DNA from: Paraspadella gotoi
Taxonomy: Eukaryota > Animalia > Chaetognatha
DNA length: 64,000 nucleotides
Assembly: GCA_051294375.1 (NCBI GenBank)
Contig: CM119267.1
Coordinates: 20,771,476-20,835,475 of the forward strand
Reading direction: 5' to 3'
Shown: in pieces, positions 24,001 through 36,400 of the stretch
Numbering within the stretch: position 1 is the first letter of the stretch
How the letters are laid out: the number at the start of each line of letters is the position of its first letter
The notes under the pieces: model-generated
Told to the model about the DNA's origin: nothing
Seen by the model: the letters and a program-made list of their open reading frames with translations, nothing else
Databases searched by the model: none
Made by a program: the position numbers and the translations under genes

Positions 24001-26833
24001 TGAGCTGGCCAATTGTTATTGTATTTAAGTGTTATAAAGTAACAGATCGAAAATTTTAGCCTGTTAATATGAAGAGTAGAAATGGTACATAAGCATTATC
24101 TCTTTTTTTCACCTTGTAATTTTATTCATTACGGCCACAACAATTCACAAATATCGGACGAGAAAAAAAAACGGGAAAAAAAATGTAAAAAGTAGGTCTT
24201 CTATATTTTTTTGTAATTGCGTTTTGTTGTATTGTCAGAGCGGCTGCTGTACTAGCCCCCTGTCTCTGCCAGAGGTATTATATCCACTATCCCTCAACAG
24301 AGCGAGACTCCTCCTCGTCTCCTCTTTCACCCCGAGTAAGGGCGACTGGCCATTGTGATGTTCCAGACGAAATCTACTCTTGTTTTGCTTCTACCTATTT
24401 TTCTTGAGATGCCATTTTGTTTTCTTTCGCCTTTTATTTTATCATTTCTTCCCAGCCACGCCTTTTCGCACTGTATTTCCCTCGCCTTATGCGTGATTAT
24501 ACATCTTACTTCTCTCTCATACTCTCTCTCACATCTAAGTCTCAGTTTCTCTCTCTCTCATGATCATGCTCATCTCTCTTACTCTTACACTCTCCCTTCT
24601 CTCTCTTCCCCTTCCCCCCCCTCCCCTCTCTCCTCCCTTCCCTCACATATAAAAAGTTTTTCATCAATTTCACCGGAGATGGAACAGGGGGCAGAGTGGA
24701 ACAGGCAAGCCCGCAGTAGTATATGTATGTATATATATGTACATTACTCTTCAATATTAAGAGGCTAAAATTTCGACTTTTACCTTTAAAACACTAAAAC
24801 AAAACAATTAAGCCCGCACTGCAACGAAATCCTAAACAAGTAATGCATTGTCGAATCCTCTCAAATCCAAAATGGGACGCCGACCCAAAATAAGAAATTG
24901 ACCGATGATTTTTGAAGGAAAGGTTTTGACCTTTGACCTTTAATCCTTTCACGTCTTCGTTTCTCTCGTTGGAGATTTTCCCGCCATTTTCTTCTATACG
25001 TTTATCAATTACGGTATTATTTTGTGGAGATCTGAACTGGTGTATTATTTATTAGCAGTTATAAGTATGCAGTTGTTGTTTATTTTCTTCAGAGCTTAAA
25101 TTTAAGCAAAAACTACAAGTCAGGGGTAATATATTTAAGGGACTTAAGAAAATGGGAATTAAATTTTGTCAAGTACATTATTAAGGAGCTAGATATAAAA
25201 AAGTATAATGTAACTGATGTTAATTCTATTTCTAAAAGATTTATACATGGATAGTTCTAATAAACTGATAAGGGAAAACATAATATAAATACACTAATAA
25301 TAATTATAATAATAACATCACAAATATTATTTAAAATAACTTATTTAAGCTTATTTAACTTATTTAAGACTCCTGATTTAATTTATTTTTATAACTCCTT
25401 TTACCAAATTAACTTAATGTTACATTTACATTAAATAACACCTTAATTATTACTTATTATAACTAATTATTATACTTATTTTATTTATTTACAAATTACA
25501 ATTATACAGAAACCTGAATAAAATTTCTAAAATTAATGAATGCTGTCGAAAGGCCAGGCTTTGGTCTGTTGTTTCAGATAAACATGTCAAGATATACATT
25601 CAAAAAATATAAGCATAAGCCAACAATGAAGGATCACCATTTGCGTGATATGCTCGCGCTATACCTGGATATGGGATTAAAGAGGACGGGGAAATCTCAT
25701 GAAGGGTATAGGATTCCCAACCTTGATGACCTTCCTCATTGTGATAAAAAATAAAGATAAAAAATAATTCAAAAAGAAACAATTAAAATAAGTAGAATAA
25801 ACGAAAATATAATATTTAAAATTATATTCATGGACATAAGGTTGCCCCTACTCAGACCTTTCCCGGTATTGTAATCTATCAGAGAACATACAATTCTACA
25901 TGGGTAGTCTTATCCCTATTGGTAAAAAAAATTCATATATAACACTTTGGGTCACCCCTCAAAAATTTTATCCATTCCCACCCCTTTCTGTTTCAGCCTC
26001 TAGATTTATGATTTTTCATAATTGACTTTCTAGCAGAAATGATGTGGTGATATTCTATTGTAAGAACTGGAACAGGATAGATAATATCTAGACTTGTGTG
26101 TTCGATAGATGCTGCTCTTTCAGAAGGACAACCATGACTTTCCCTCTCCCAAATTGAGTATTTATTAGATAAGAATAAAACATTTTAAGAAAGAAAGCAT
26201 ATATAATTTGATTAAATAATAAGATTAAAATATCAAAATCCTTCATAAAATATAAAATAGAAAATAGTGTGAAACAAGTTAATTTGCAAATTTTCATAAC
26301 ATTTTTGGTGGAATTCAGTAGTTTTACTGAATTCCCTGCACGTTGACTGAATCCCACAAAATTTATATATATTTTATTGTTTCTGATCGAGTTAATCTAG
26401 AACAAATGTCCCCTTCTGTTATCCTTATTCGCATCAAATTTATAAATCGAACGAACTGTTCTCACAATTCAATCTTAGTTTCTCGTTTCTCGACAATCCG
26501 CAGTTGTTCAGACGGAGTCGCAGCGCGCTCGAGGCACGGATAGGCAGTGGCTTCTCCGACCGCGATAACGAACGGCCTGAGGGGAGAAGAAAGAGAGAAA
26601 AGAAAGAAATATAGGGGGATGAGAGAGAGAAAGGGAGATGAGAGAAATGGAGAAGGAGAGAGAGATAAAGAGGAGGAGAGGAAAGATCGAAAGCGAAGAG
26701 AAATAGAGAGAAAGACAGTGATTGGGAAAGAAGGTAGAGAAACAGCAAGATTGAAATGTAGGCAGGGAGAGGAGGAAGGAAGAAAGAGAAAGGAGAAATA
26801 GAGAGAGAGAAGAGAAGAGAGAGAGAGAGAGAG

Positions 26834-26868
<35 letters not shown>

Positions 26869-29000
26869 GAGAGAGTCAGGTTTTTTGCCTGCGGCGCAAC
26901 GTTGTGCGAAATTAGCGTCGCTCTCGCGTCAAAGGAAGAAACGTCGCTGAGATTTGGCGGGAAAATGCGGCGGTTTGAAAAGTAGGTAGAGGTAGAAAGA
27001 CTAAGAGAATGAGATAATAATTTTCTAACTTTGTCTGTCTGCCTGTTATTTGTCTGTTCCGTGGACATCAAGTTAAATTAAGTATGATAATAAAGTAATA
27101 GTCGTGACGGAAAAAGTAATAATGGGTTTTTGGAGATCCAATGAGAAAAATGAAGAGGAGAAGAAGGAATCTGCTTATGTCACTCCCGTGCCAATGGCCT
27201 TCCCCTGCCAATGTCATTCCCCTGCCAATGGCATTCCCTTGCCAATGGCATTCCAGTGCCGATATCATTCCTACGCCTATACCATTCCCATGCTAATGCC
27301 ATTCACCTGCCAATGCAATTTCTCTGCCGATGTCTCTCTCATGCCGTTGCTACTATTTCTGAGCAATGCTATTTCCGTGCTGATGCCATTCCCATGCCAA
27401 TACCATTTCTCTGTCAATACCATTCCCTTGCGGATTCCTCTTCGTTCCCTACGCCATTACCCTGCCAATGCCATTTCTCAGCCAATGCTAGTCCCCTGCT
27501 AGATCGTTCTATCCCCTAATTTCCTTATTTCAGGAAAAAACGATTTCCTCCATTTATTTTTTTCCGGATTTTTTTAATTTTTATTCTCGTTCCGTTTCCA
27601 CTTTTCGCGTTTGTTGCCATTTTTTTCCGACTCAATTAAGACAAATTGGAAATATGGATGACGATGATGACGATGATGACGACGACGGCGACGATAATGA
27701 AGACGTGTACCAGGAGACGAAGAGAAACAGAAACGGAATCTGACAGAAATTTTCTCGCATTGAAAGAACGAAGAAAGATATTTAAAAACAAAACCCGCCT
27801 AAAAATGACCTGGCTATATATATATACTAGTTCATCGCTTACGCGATTTACAAAAAGAAACCCTAAAACCGGCGTATTGTACCGCTACGCATTTTTAAAT
27901 GGCTAAAAATGTCTCGCGTTAAAAATAAATAAAAAGAAGACGGGGGAAAGTTCATCGCGTTGGTCGCGTCATAATTTTCACCGTCTTCTCCGACGCGAGT
28001 GAAAAGGAAAAGAGGAGGCGAGTCGATCGTCCGAATCCATTAAAGCTTTACGCGCGGAGAGAAAAGAAAGAAGCGGCCATTCTTTTTTAATTTTGGCTGT
28101 GATAGTGAGCGGATGATGATGATGATGATGATTGTTAAGTGAATGATCATTATCATCGTCATCATCTTCAATCATCCGGATTTTTATGTCAAAAGTCGTA
28201 ACGTAAAAAACCAAAGTACGTGTATGAGCCATCTCAAGCAAGCTTTGATAATTTCAAGACTTTTCGTTCCAAACTGATTTCAAATGTTCACCTGAAAGAG
28301 GTCTCACCTGATTTGAGATTTTGTTTATTGATTGTTCTTCTTTTACTGATTGTTTCTGAAGCTGTTCAGCACTGATTTTGTCCTGACATGAATAACTTGT
28401 CTCAAATATTATTCACCACGTTTTATTCATCATTCTTTAGATGTAAGTGTAACATTGATCAAGAGAGAGAAAAACTTGTATCTCAAATTAATGATTGATC
28501 AACCAATCAGTAAATAATACACACAATCAATTCTACAATCAACGATATACTTTCCCTGCACTGAACTACACTTCCTCTGATGAATCAATAATGCAGACAT
28601 CTTAGAACTACATTCGTAGCAGTTGTCACAGCTCTCTGACACGCCGTGTCATCACCCGAGACCTTGCCCCATGTATTGAACAAAACCTCAATAGTCAATA
28701 CAAACCGAAATAGAAAACAGTTAGGCGTTTTTATATAACGATAAGATAAATGATATATGTGTAAGACTGAAATTGGAAACAAGTTAGAAAGAGAGAACGA
28801 AAAATGTAGTCAGAAAAAAAAACTTAACAGTTTACGACCGAAATTTTCTCTTTCGATTTCTTTCTCATTTTTTTTCCTGGCCGCCAAGGAGAGAAAAAAA
28901 AATCTCTAAATTCCGATTTTCACTAACTTCCAAAGTCCATTTCTTATCTCTCTACGTCGCTCTCTCTCTCTCTTCTTTCTCTCTCTTCTCTCTCTTCTCT

Positions 29001-29048
<48 letters not shown>

Positions 29049-29095
29049 TCTCTCTCTCTCTCTGTTCATTTTTCAGTTTTTCGGGCGACGTTAAT
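21018..29095. repeat. Noisy inverted duplication 1 (left arm about 21018-24270, right arm about 24680-29095), probable assembly artefact
   Basis: attaacgtcgc...tgaacagagag (21018) is the reverse complement of 29060-29095; 23640-23720 pairs with 26300-26380; 23770-24095 pairs with 24735-25040. Differences are mostly small indels. Confidence 0.85.
27190..27500. repeat. 17-bp minisatellite (consensus near gccaatggcattcccct), about 18 copies; inverted noisy copy at about 22565-22870
   Basis: Units gccaatggccttcccct, gccaatgtcattcccct, gccaatggcattccctt, gccaatggcattccagt. Confidence 0.85.
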
Positions 29096-30935
29096 NNNNN
29101 NNNNNNNNNNNNNNNNNNNNNNNNNNNNNNNNNNNNNNNNNNNNNNNNNNNNNNNNNNNNNNNNNNNNNNNNNNNNNNNNNNNNNNNNNNNNNNNNNNNN
29201 NNNNNNNNNNNNNNNNNNNNNNNNNNNNNNNNNNNNNNNNNNNNNNNNNNNNNNNNNNNNNNNNNNNNNNNNNNNNNNNNNNNNNNNNNNNNNNNNNNNN
29301 NNNNNNNNNNNNNNNNNNNNNNNNNNNNNNNNNNNNNNNNNNNNNNNNNNNNNNNNNNNNNNNNNNNNNNNNNNNNNNNNNNNNNNNNNNNNNNNNNNNN
29401 NNNNNNNNNNNNNNNNNNNNNNNNNNNNNNNNNNNNNNNNNNNNNNNNNNNNNNNNNNNNNNNNNNNNNNNNNNNAAATCTGAAAAGAAGAAGTAAAAGT
29501 CGAAAAAAAGAATTGAATGTTAAACTAATAACATATGTACAAAGTAAAGATATAATACAGCGTATTATAGGATTTGCGAATGCATAGCTGACGAGTCTTA
29601 CCAAAAAAAATAATAAAAGACAAGAGAGAAATAGAGAAAGAAAAAAAAGACATTTTTTAATTATTGAAAAAAAAATTTTTACTCGTTTTTTTCTCTTTTT
29701 AATTTTGATATTTATTAAGATTTTTCTTTATTCATCTTTTTAAAAAAATGACAATAACTGTCTTATAAGGGTCTGTTGTTTTTTCCTGTTTTTTTCCTGT
29801 TTTTTTTCCTGTTGTTTCTCATTTACATTGAGAATACTTTAGACAATTAATCTTCACAATATTTTTTCATTTTTATATCGTTTATTTAGAAATATGACTG
29901 TTTTTCCTTCTATTTTTTTCCTCTTTGCTAATAGCGCAGTTATTCCTGAGGCCGACGTCGACTCGAAGCGATCACCAACTTAAAAGTCCTTTCGTCTTCT
30001 GTTCGACTACTAAACCAACTCCTCCCTTCACCCTCTCCTCCTCTTCCGAGGTATAGTCAAGCCAGTTATTCGACCACCTCCTCTTCCTCTTTCACCGTCT
30101 GCCTTTTCTCAGAAGAAAAAAAAATATGGCTTCGGGNNNNNNNNNNNNNNNNNNNNNNNNNNNNNNNNNNNNNNNNNNNNNNNNNNNNNNNNNNNNNNNN
30201 NNNNNNNNNNNNNNNNNNNNNNNNNNNNNNNNNNNNNNNNNNNNNNNNNNNNNNNNNNNNNNNNNNNNNNNNNNNNNNNNNNNNNNNNNNNNNNNNNNNN
30301 NNNNNNNNNNNNNNNNNNNNNNNNNNNNNNNNACAGACGTTAAATCCTTCGCCAGAGGATAAGAAGGCGCCTAACAGACGGGTTCTTCGTTGGAGTTGGT
30401 CGAAGCGTTGTTGTCGTCGTCGTCGTCGTCGTCTTTCTTCTTTATTACTTCTCTACCGACATTAACGTCTTCGCTTAATTCTCGTCTGTTTATCACAGAT
30501 CTTCACAACCAAGCGCATTCATTTCGACGATCGTAAGAAAGTAAGTGATATTTGAAAAAAAATATTTAAAAAGAATTGATTGAATTATTGCTCCCTCGTT
30601 GATATGCGTTGTTTTGTTTGTATTCATATTTGATTTGGTCGCTGGCTGCGCAGCCGCTGCCGCTGCCGCCAAACGTCGACGTCATCATAACAAACGTAAC
30701 TGGATCCAGAGAGAGAGAGAGAGAGAGNNNNNNNNNNNNNNNNNNNNNNNNNNNNNNNNNNNNNNNNNNNNNNNNNNNNNNNNNNNNNNNNNNNNNNNNN
30801 NNNNNNNNNNNNNNNNNNNNNNNNNNNNNNNNNNNNNNNNNNNNNNNNNNNNNNNNNNNNNNNNNNNNNNNNNNNNNNNNNNNNNNNNNNNNNNNNNNNN
30901 NNNNNNNNNNNNNNNNNNNNNNNNNNNNNNNNNNN

Positions 30936-30967
<32 letters not shown>

Positions 30968-33089
30968 GCCTCCAATGTTTACTCTGATTCAAAAAAACGT
31001 TTCCGGTGGACGGATTGGCGATTTGACGGTTTCGTTGGTGGTTTACCGGAATCGATTCACGCCTCGCTGCAATGATTTTTACTTCACGGGATTGACTCAT
31101 CGACGCATCGATTTATTTGATTGATTGGCTTGACGAGCCTGATTAGATTTCTTTGAAATTGAAGCACTTTTCTGCAGTGGATCACGTTTACGTGATTAGC
31201 CTCTTTATAATATCGTTCCATTGTCGTGTGAATAGCTTATCATCCGTTTTAAAACTCGCTCTCTCTCTCTGATATTCATTAATTGTTGATAAGAAAGAGT
31301 CGGTTCCTTTTACGACTACTTTCTTTATCTCTTCTTTGGACGACATTTTCCTATTTCCCACTTACCTCACCTCATTTTCATCCTGACCCGCTTCGCTCTC
31401 TTTCCTTACCTCACACTGAACTTAATTATTACAACGACTCTACTCTTACCCGTCCACGTCCCAGTCTCCGATTTTCTCCAGTTTACAATCGCCCAGAGAC
31501 TCCATCGCGCGTCTATCGTTTCTGTCTCTTATCTACAACGGAGCACATCTCCCAGAGTCTGGCCTTACATTTCAATATTTTTTCCGATCCACAAGCTCGC
31601 TCTTTTCCCAACCCGAACTCAGNNNNNNNNNNNNNNNNNNNNNNNNNNNNNNNNNNNNNNNNNNNNNNNNNNNNNNNNNNNNNNNNNNNNNNNNNNNNNN
31701 NNNNNNNNNNNNNNNNNNNNNNNNNNNNNNNNNNNNNNNNNNNNNNNNNNNNNNNNNNNNNNNNNNNNNNNNNNNNNNNNNNNNNNNNNNNNNNNNNNNN
31801 NNNNNNNNNNNNNNNNNNNNNNNNNNNNNNNNNNNNNNNNNNNNNNNNNNNNNNNNNNNNNNNNNNNNNNNNNNNNNNNNNNNNNNNNNNNNNNNNNNNN
31901 NNNNNNNNNNNNNNNNNNNNNNNNNNNNNNNNNNNNNNNNNNNNNNNNNNNNNNNNNNNNNNNNNNNNNNNNNNNNNNNNNNNNNNNNNNNNNNNNNNNN
32001 NNNNNNNNNNNNNNNNNNNNNNNNNNNNNNNNNNNNNNNNNNNNNNNNNNNNNNNNNNNNNNNNNNNNNNNNNNNNNNNNNNNNNNNNNNNNNNNNNNNN
32101 NNNNNNNNNNNNNNNNNNNNNNNNNNNNNNNNNNNNNNNNNNNNNNNNNNNNNNNNNNNNNNNNNNNNNNNNNNNNNNNNNNNNNNNNNNNNNNNNNNNN
32201 NNNNNNNNNNNNNNNNNNNNNNNNNNNNNNNNNNNNNNNNNNNNNNNNNNNNNNNNNNNNNNNNNNNNNNNNNNNNNNNNNNNNNNNNNNNNNNNNNNNN
32301 NNNNNNNNNNNNNNNNNNNNNNNNNNNNNNNNNNNNNNNNNNNNNNNNNNNNNNNNNNNNNNNNNNNNNNNNNNNNNNNNNNNNNNNNNNNNNNNNNNNN
32401 NNNNNNNNNNNAAGGAAAAGGAGGAGACGAAAAAGAAAAAAAAAAGAAATACAAAAGATAAAGGAAAGGAAAGGGAGGAGGCGGTCGAAAAGGAGAGAGT
32501 GGAGAGAAATAGAGAAAAAAATATAGAAAAACGACAAAGAAAGAGACAGAGAAAATGTACAAAATAGAAGAAGGAAATAAAAGAGAAACAAAAAAAGAAA
32601 AGGAGGGGAAAAGGACAGAAAATCAGGAAAAAGCAAAGAAAAGGAGGAAAAAGGAAAGAGAAAAGATAAAAACGGAAAATGAAAAAATGAAAGAAAACTG
32701 GGGGAAAAGGAATGAAAAAGTGAAAAAAGGAGAGAAAAGGAGAAAAAGAGGAAAGAAAAGAAGGAAAAAAGAAAGAAAATGAGGAAAAAGAAAAAGAAAA
32801 TCGGAAAAGAGAAAAAAAGATCCAGAAAATAAGAATAAGAGGAATTGCAGATTGATTTCTCAATCTCTCCCTCCGGCCTCCTCCCCCCCCAATTCTCCCC
32901 CACCTCCGGCCCCCTTCCTCCCTTCTCTCCGTTCCAGTTCCCTGACCCCATTTCTTTGCCTCTCCCTCTCTCTCCGGTTTCGCTCCTCTTTTTCGCTCCA
33001 TCGTTCAGCTCTAGCGATCATGTCTCTCTCTCTTTTCGTCGCGCCTGCATATTTATTTCTCGCTCCTATTATTATTTTTTTTCTTTGTC

Positions 33090-33245
33090 GAAGTAGTAGT
33101 ATTAATATTAGTAGTAGTATTAGTATTATTATTATTATTATTAGTAGTATAGTAGTTAGTATAGTAGTAGTAGTAGTAGTTATAGTAGTAGTGTCGTAGT
33201 ATGTAGTAGTATAGTAGTCAATAAATAGTAGTTAGTAGAGTAGTT
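33090..33245. repeat. (TAG/TAT)n microsatellite
   Basis: Read directly. Confidence 0.85.
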
Positions 33246-33361
33246 TTGTTTGTCTATATACCGACTCTTTGCTGTCTTTTGGATTCACTTCCACTTCGGC
33301 ATCGTCTCGCTCTCAATTCAGATTGACGCCTCTGCTTCATTGTCGCTTTCATTTCCCCGGG

Positions 33362-33434
<73 letters not shown>

Positions 33435-34060
33435 GGAGATTCCGAGTACGAAAAAAGGTGCTTCTTAATTATAGAGATAAAAAGACTTTTTGTTGTGATT
33501 CATATAAAGTTCATATCAAGTTGTTTTAAACATTGCAATCTTTAACTCTGCACAAAATTCAATTTAGTGTTTGAATTTTTGCGCCTTCGTAATTCGATCG
33601 AAGAAGAATCGCGAGAAATACGAGATATTGAAATAAAAATTAAATCTTGAAGGGAAAAAAAATATTTAAAGAGAAAAATTGAAAGGAAGAAAAAAAGGAA
33701 TTTCGTAGAAATTTGAGTTTAGTACAAAATAATTGGAAAAAATGTATCGAAGAAAGAAAAGTACGGATAATAATATATAATGATATATTAGTTTCGTTTT
33801 GTCGTCATAATCGTCATCATTGTCCTTTTCATGATTGGGGCGTCAACGTCCTTCTTATCGTCTTCGTCGTCGTCGTCATTGTTATCATCTCGATCGTCGT
33901 TATTGTAGTCATCTTCGCCATCATCGTCATAATCGTTATCAACGGCGATATCATTATTGTCATCATTTAGTGTCATCAAACTCATCATTATCTTCATCGC
34001 AATCATGTTTGTTTTCCTTATCGAGATTCGACATGTTCATCGTCGTCGTGGTCTACTATA

Positions 34061-34092
<32 letters not shown>

Positions 34093-34198
34093 GTCTTGCC
34101 AAAGATGTCGCCTCCGACGTCGCGGAGCCGAAAAGACCCGAAGTGATTTCGTCCTTGATAGTTTTCCTTCCTCGCTGAAGGTGAGACTGCCGTTCTCT

Positions 34199-34280
<82 letters not shown>

Positions 34281-35095
34281 CCCTCTCTCTCTCTCTCTCT
34301 GGATGATGATTCGGGTTTCGGTTCAATAATGTATTAAGGAGAGAGAAGAAGATCAGATAGGAAAAGAGTCAAAAAGCAGAATGGCGCGTCTGCGATTGGG
34401 GAAATAGTGAGATAGAGATAGAGACAGATAGAGAGAGTGGCATTTCGAAGATGCCAGTTGAGATGCGATAGATTTTTAATGATTCGATTTATTAAGAATT
34501 AGAAAGAAAGAGAAAACAGATTTGAAAGGTACTTCTTTATTTCAAACATCGATAAAAAAATATCTTTATATTGTTACAGATTTGAGTTTGATATGAAATT
34601 TAATTAAACGCCTCTCGTCAATTTTAATTTATTTTCAATCATAAAAGTAGGTTTGTATGTCAGATTCTTTCTCTCGTTCCCTTTTATTCTCAGAAAGACA
34701 ATGCATCCCTGTCAGATTTTGCAGCATAGAATTTTTTACAATAAAATAAGGCTCATTAACAATAAAAATAAGGCTCAATAAAGAATCAAAATGCATTTTT
34801 TAATATTAAATTATCGCATTGGCACATATCAATATTTAACCAGTATATATTTATTACCTATTTTATAAAATATTCAATTTTTTAAATTTATATTTGTAAA
34901 TTTTTAATTTTGAAAATAACAAATTGTAAATTTTTATACTCAGCATTTCGAACAGCGAGTGAAGCTTTGAAAGTGACAAAAATAACTTTCATCCGACGCT
35001 GTTTCAAATTTACCGCAAAAACTCGGCTTTCATTATATTTCTTTTTCCTTCTCTCATTTCATATTATTCAAAACTTTCTCTCTGACACTTTCAAA

Positions 35096-35848
35096 ATGGT
35101 CGACATTCCATTTTCTCTAATAATCTCCGTCGCGCTTAACGTCTTCGACATCGGCACTGACGGCCGGACAACCGTCCAATTCGCAAGTCACACTTTCGAT
35201 AGTGTTAATTACTTTGCTGTCGGAATGGGGGTCATAATGGGTATTCACTGGATCGTCTCTGGCGCCATTTGTTGGCATTGCCTGATGACCAAAGCAGCAC
35301 TTTATCCTCGGTTGAGCCATAACGGGCGGTTTAAAATTGCAACGGCGCTTTGCGGCCTTCTCAGTCTGGGCAATGTTGCTTTTACCATTGACCAACATCT
35401 GGATGAGCGGCAACATCTCCCAACGTCCGCAGAGAAAGCTCTCTTCGTGCAGCGTCTCGACATGATCCATCTTCTTCTGGAATCATTTCCACAAATGCTC
35501 ATTCAGTCGACGGCGCTGATCCTCTCTTGGACGAGTGGCACGACCAAGCAATGCTTCTTCACCGATCAGCTCATGAACGAGATGTCAAAAAAGACGCAGT
35601 TCAATCCTGAATTTCAATTGTATCACATATCGAATAATAGAACTTTAGTGAAACTGGAGGATCCTTGCACCTGTTACTTCGTCGCTTCAAAGAGAAAAAA
35701 GTCGACTATCTTGTGCTCTTGGGCGATCAGAGATTACCAAACCATTGTTTCTTTTGCTATGTCCACTGTCGCTTTAGCTATGACGGCGGCAAAATTGCGA
35801 GCCTCTTCAGCTGCGATGAGCCCGAAAATCATCTTTGGAACAATTCAG
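35096..35848 (+). CDS. Multipass membrane protein, exon 1 (XK-related/XKR-like domain)
   Basis: aaaATGG start at 35096; 251 codons. First helix ends in FDIGTD (XK D-x-x-[ST]D); LLESFPQMLIQ at 35474-35506 matches the XK hallmark LESAPQLxLQ; Ser/Thr-rich helix SFAMSTVALA; CAG|gtagat donor, phase 0. Confidence 0.8.
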
Positions 35849-36400
35849 GTAGATCTTGACGTGAGATAAAAAATATCTAGTAGTCAAAAATATTCTACTG
35901 AATCATAGTCAAGGCTCGATCTAATTTCTTTAATATATAAATTATGTTTGCATTATTTTTAAAACTTATCAATATCAGAAATATATCTTTATCCCACTAA
36001 TTAATATTTCAAATTAAATATCAGTAACTTCTTAGAGTAAAAAATTTTCTTTTTTGAAGCAAAATACTTGCCTTCCTAATAGTTTCTAGCTATAAATAAT
36101 TCGGTAACACCATCTTTTACCCTTTTTATAATTTTCTTCAAATTTCATAACTTTTTGATCTAAAAAAATGAATGATTTAAAAGTTAAAAACATTTTTATA
36201 ATAAATTTAACTTTTTAATCCAGATCAGAATTCGAATAGTTGTTCATGAACAATCTTGTACTAAAGAACATTGATATATAAAAAAAATGTTTTTAAATTC
36301 TTAATTATTGCTTAGGCGCGGTTGTGACTTCTCTGTCGTTAAAAGATAGATAGATAGAAAGATAGTTTTAAAAAAAATTATGTTTATTTCTGTTCTACAG

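Noticed and set aside
27104-27519. Cys/Pro/Met-repeat ORFs or a CRISPR-like array
   Set aside because: A 17-bp period is not a multiple of 3, there are no unique spacers or cas genes, and the context is eukaryotic; ordinary minisatellite.
32412-33060. Purine tract followed by a pyrimidine tract (possible triplex or hairpin)
   Set aside because: Adjoins a gap, looks like low-quality read extension, and the tracts are not convincingly complementary.
34910-35095. 62-codon N-terminal extension of the XK-like ORF
   Set aside because: Begins at TTG in AT-rich sequence; the first ATG (35096) has good context and directly precedes the first XK-like helix.
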